From Rhodosorus marinus CCMP1338 (lineage: Eukaryota; Plantae; Rhodophyta), in assembly GCA_029953675.1 (NCBI GenBank), contig JAMWBK010000006.1:1240001-1304000 (forward strand): a stretch of 64,000 nt of DNA. Reading direction: 5' to 3'. How positions within the stretch are numbered: the stretch's first letter is position 1; each line of letters opens with the position of its first letter. The notes beneath the pieces were generated by a model. It was not told the origin of the DNA. It made no database searches and worked only from the letters and a program-made list of their open reading frames with translations. This document shows, piece after piece, positions 61,491-64,000 of this stretch. The translations under genes were made by a program, and so were the position numbers.

Positions 61491-64000
61491 ATGTAGGGGT
61501 CGCTTGCTTGTCCGGCCGGATGAGGTTCTGGCTCTGCTCCGGTCCGCCCCGAAAGGTCGTCCACCTGGTCCCTCAGGACTCCGGGTCGAACTTTTTCACT
61601 GGTTGGGTGAAGAACGGCTGGACGCCCTTGCGCGGGTACTGGAGGGTCTTGTCAATGGGGACGATTTTGCGCAGAGGCCTGGGCACTATTGTCGCGCTCC
61701 CAACTGGTCCTCTTGCCCAAGCCTGGACGTTCAGACCAGACACCTTCGCTTCGGCCAATCGGGATGTGCGAAGCATTGCGGAAGCTGGCGAGCCGCTTTC
61801 TATCGCGTCAGCTCACTAGGGAGGCCAGGGGGTTTTTTGGGTTGACCCAGGTCGGTGTCGGCTATTCAGGTGGCTGTGAACTGGTGACGCGTATCCTGCA
61901 GTTGGACGGTCTCCGCGATGAGCCCTTGGGCACGCTTTCTGTGAATTTCGCCAACGCGTTTAACAGTGTGTCTCGAGCACACGCGCTTGAGGTAGTTCGT
62001 CAGCTTTTCCCCTCTGGCTTCCCGTTCTTACGCCGCGTATATGGTGAAGCGCCGAACGGGCCCCGATTTGTCACACCTTGGGTGCCGAGAGCCACACCTT
62101 TGCGGCTCATACGGGTGTGCAGCAGGGCGATCCCTTAGGGCAGTTCCTGCACGCCTGTGGATTGCAACTGGTGCTGTTGCGGCTGAAACATCAGTTCCCG
62201 CGGGTCCGTGCGGTCGCCTTCCATGACGATGTGACGCTTCTTAGCACTCCCGACGATCTGGTGCCGGCCTACGATTTTCTCGGCGAGGTGGCTTCCTTGG
62301 TGGGGCTGCGTATCAACCATGCCAAGTGCGATTTCTGGGGGGGGGTCTCACTGCACCGCGGACACGGTTCCATCCGGGTTCCGAGATATTTGGCGAGCTG
62401 AGGGCTTCCTTCTGTTCGGTGTCCCCGTAGGCACCCCGATACTTGTTGAACGCAGCCTCTCCGCGCTCCTGAGTCATCACGATGAGCTCCTGCTCATCGT
62501 GATGACTCAGCTCCTGACTGAGCTGTGCACTCTCCCAGAAGGTACCCTTACCTCCAGAGCGCTCTGCTCATCTTCCGGTTCAGCGCATGCCAGAGGCTGA
62601 CCTATTTTTTGCGGCAGCTACCCTCCGAGTGGGGGTCTTGGCTGGCGCTCCGCGCAGACCGACGAGCGAGGGACGTGCTAGGCACGCTCATGGATGCTGA
62701 GCTATCTGTTTTGGGGGATGCAGAAAAGGACGTCCTTCACCGGCAGATCGCGTTGCCCGTGCGGTTGGGCGGGCTGGCTGTGGGATCTTATGCGTCGATC
62801 CAGCCGGCGGCTGTGGTGAGTTCGTGGGCCACTGCGCTTAGTACATGGTCTGCGGAGTGTGATCCGCATGTACTCACATGCGGATCGAACCACTCGGTTT
62901 GTTGAGTGGACTTCGGGTTGGGCGGCTGGACGGGACTCTCGCCCCACGGCTCGGGGGGGGTTTTTCGGAACTGGAGGCCGCTTTTCAACAATGTAACGCC
63001 CTGCCGAGTGGTACCCAGGCTCGGTGCGATTCCTGGGCGGCAGTTCTTGACTCCCTCGGTGGCCAGCGTTCGGGAGTCTCTGCTGCAGCACCGTCTGTTG
63101 GAAATGGTGTAGAAACTGCCGAGGATATTGACGCCGTGGCTGTGCCGTCGAGACCGCCTGAGCAGGGCGTTTCCCAGTCCGGTCCGGCCCCTTCGAGGAC
63201 CGATGTAATCCACAAAACCCTTTCGTGGGACATACATCGGGACTCGTATGCCACCCTTCTGAGTTTACCTTCGTGCTCGGCGTCGACTTTGGCTCGCCTG
63301 CGCGGTTTGGGGGGGAGTCTCAGCTCCCGTTTCTTCCCGGTCATACCTGCGTATCCGCGGTTGGCAATTAACGATATCGAACTTTGTGTAAGCTTACGAC
63401 TTTACCTGGGTTTGCCGCAACCCCCTTGGCCTGTTGAGCGGGATTTTCTAGACGCGCATTGTGCGGGGCCAATGTGCCGTGGGGTGATTATGGTGCCCAT
63501 GTGTTGGCGTCTTGTGCGGAGGTTCAAGGGGCCCGGACCAGACGCCATACGCGGCTCAACCGCTTGCTTTTCCGCTACCTTCGTTCTCAATCGCTCGGTA
63601 CGGACCGAGAAGTGGAGTATGAGGTCGCTCTCGCGGTGGCATCGGAAATGGCTGATGGGATTGACGCCCCAGCGGTACAGCGGGTGGCGGATCTCGTTGT
63701 GACTGACCTCAATGCGCGTCGCAGTGAGTACATTGACCTCTCCATCCCTTGTCCTCAAGCGACCAGGTACCTGCCTGCGTCGGCTCGGCGTCGAGGAGCT
63801 GCAGCTCGGTCCATGCGGCAAGTGAAAGATTCGCAGTACGCGGCAGCGATGTCAAACCCTACCTTTCGCGATTCGGCAGTGACATACCGGTTCGTCCCCC
63901 CTCATTATTGAGTGCTTTGGCTTGATAGATAGTGTAGGTTCTCGCTGGCTGCGTGCGAGCTCTGTTTCGCAACGACCCAGGGCGTTTAGATAGTCTGGTC
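61491..64000 (+). mobile_element. CRE-like copy, RT to RLE, frameshifted, running off the window end
   Basis: Colinear RT and RLE motifs across ORFs 61504-63911. Confidence 0.9.

Larger units (their letters stand above)
46340..64000. mobile_element. Nested cluster of CRE-clade non-LTR retrotransposon fragments (subfamily A), both strands, no intact copy
   Basis: RT: LRPIGMCEALRKLASR, QVGVG, VDFANAFNSVSR, GVQQGDPLGP, AFHDD, GLRINHAKC, LPVRLGGLAV. RLE: C..CG..GAH.LASC, RRHTRL, RVADLVV..YIDLSI, K..Y..FVPLIIECFG. About 20 pieces. Confidence 0.93.

Overview
Eukaryotic nuclear DNA with short GT-AG introns. A unicellular alga or protist, possibly a red alga, is a weak inference only. The left third is genic: the 3' part of a UFD1 gene, two tandem class-3 lipase paralogs and a full-size PDR/ABCG transporter with a degenerate first ATP site. 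The middle holds a decayed chromovirus-type Ty3/gypsy element (LTRs, 5-bp TSD) nested in a non-coding dispersed repeat, an ORF-free island, and two secreted Pro/Thr-stalk proteins that share an unrecognised Cys-rich domain. From about 35 kb, fragments of CRE-clade (RLE-type) non-LTR retrotransposons appear. From about 46.3 kb to the window end they form a nearly continuous, nested, bidirectional pile with interleaved non-element pieces, including a BCS1 fragment. The most striking signal is the element's 27-nt 3' tail (AGTTAGCCTCTGAATAAACGGATCATC). It also occurs alone as TSD-flanked micro-insertions, one of which splits stem-loop IV of a U1 snRNA gene at the edge of the pile. All alignments and coordinates were done by eye; no database searches were run.
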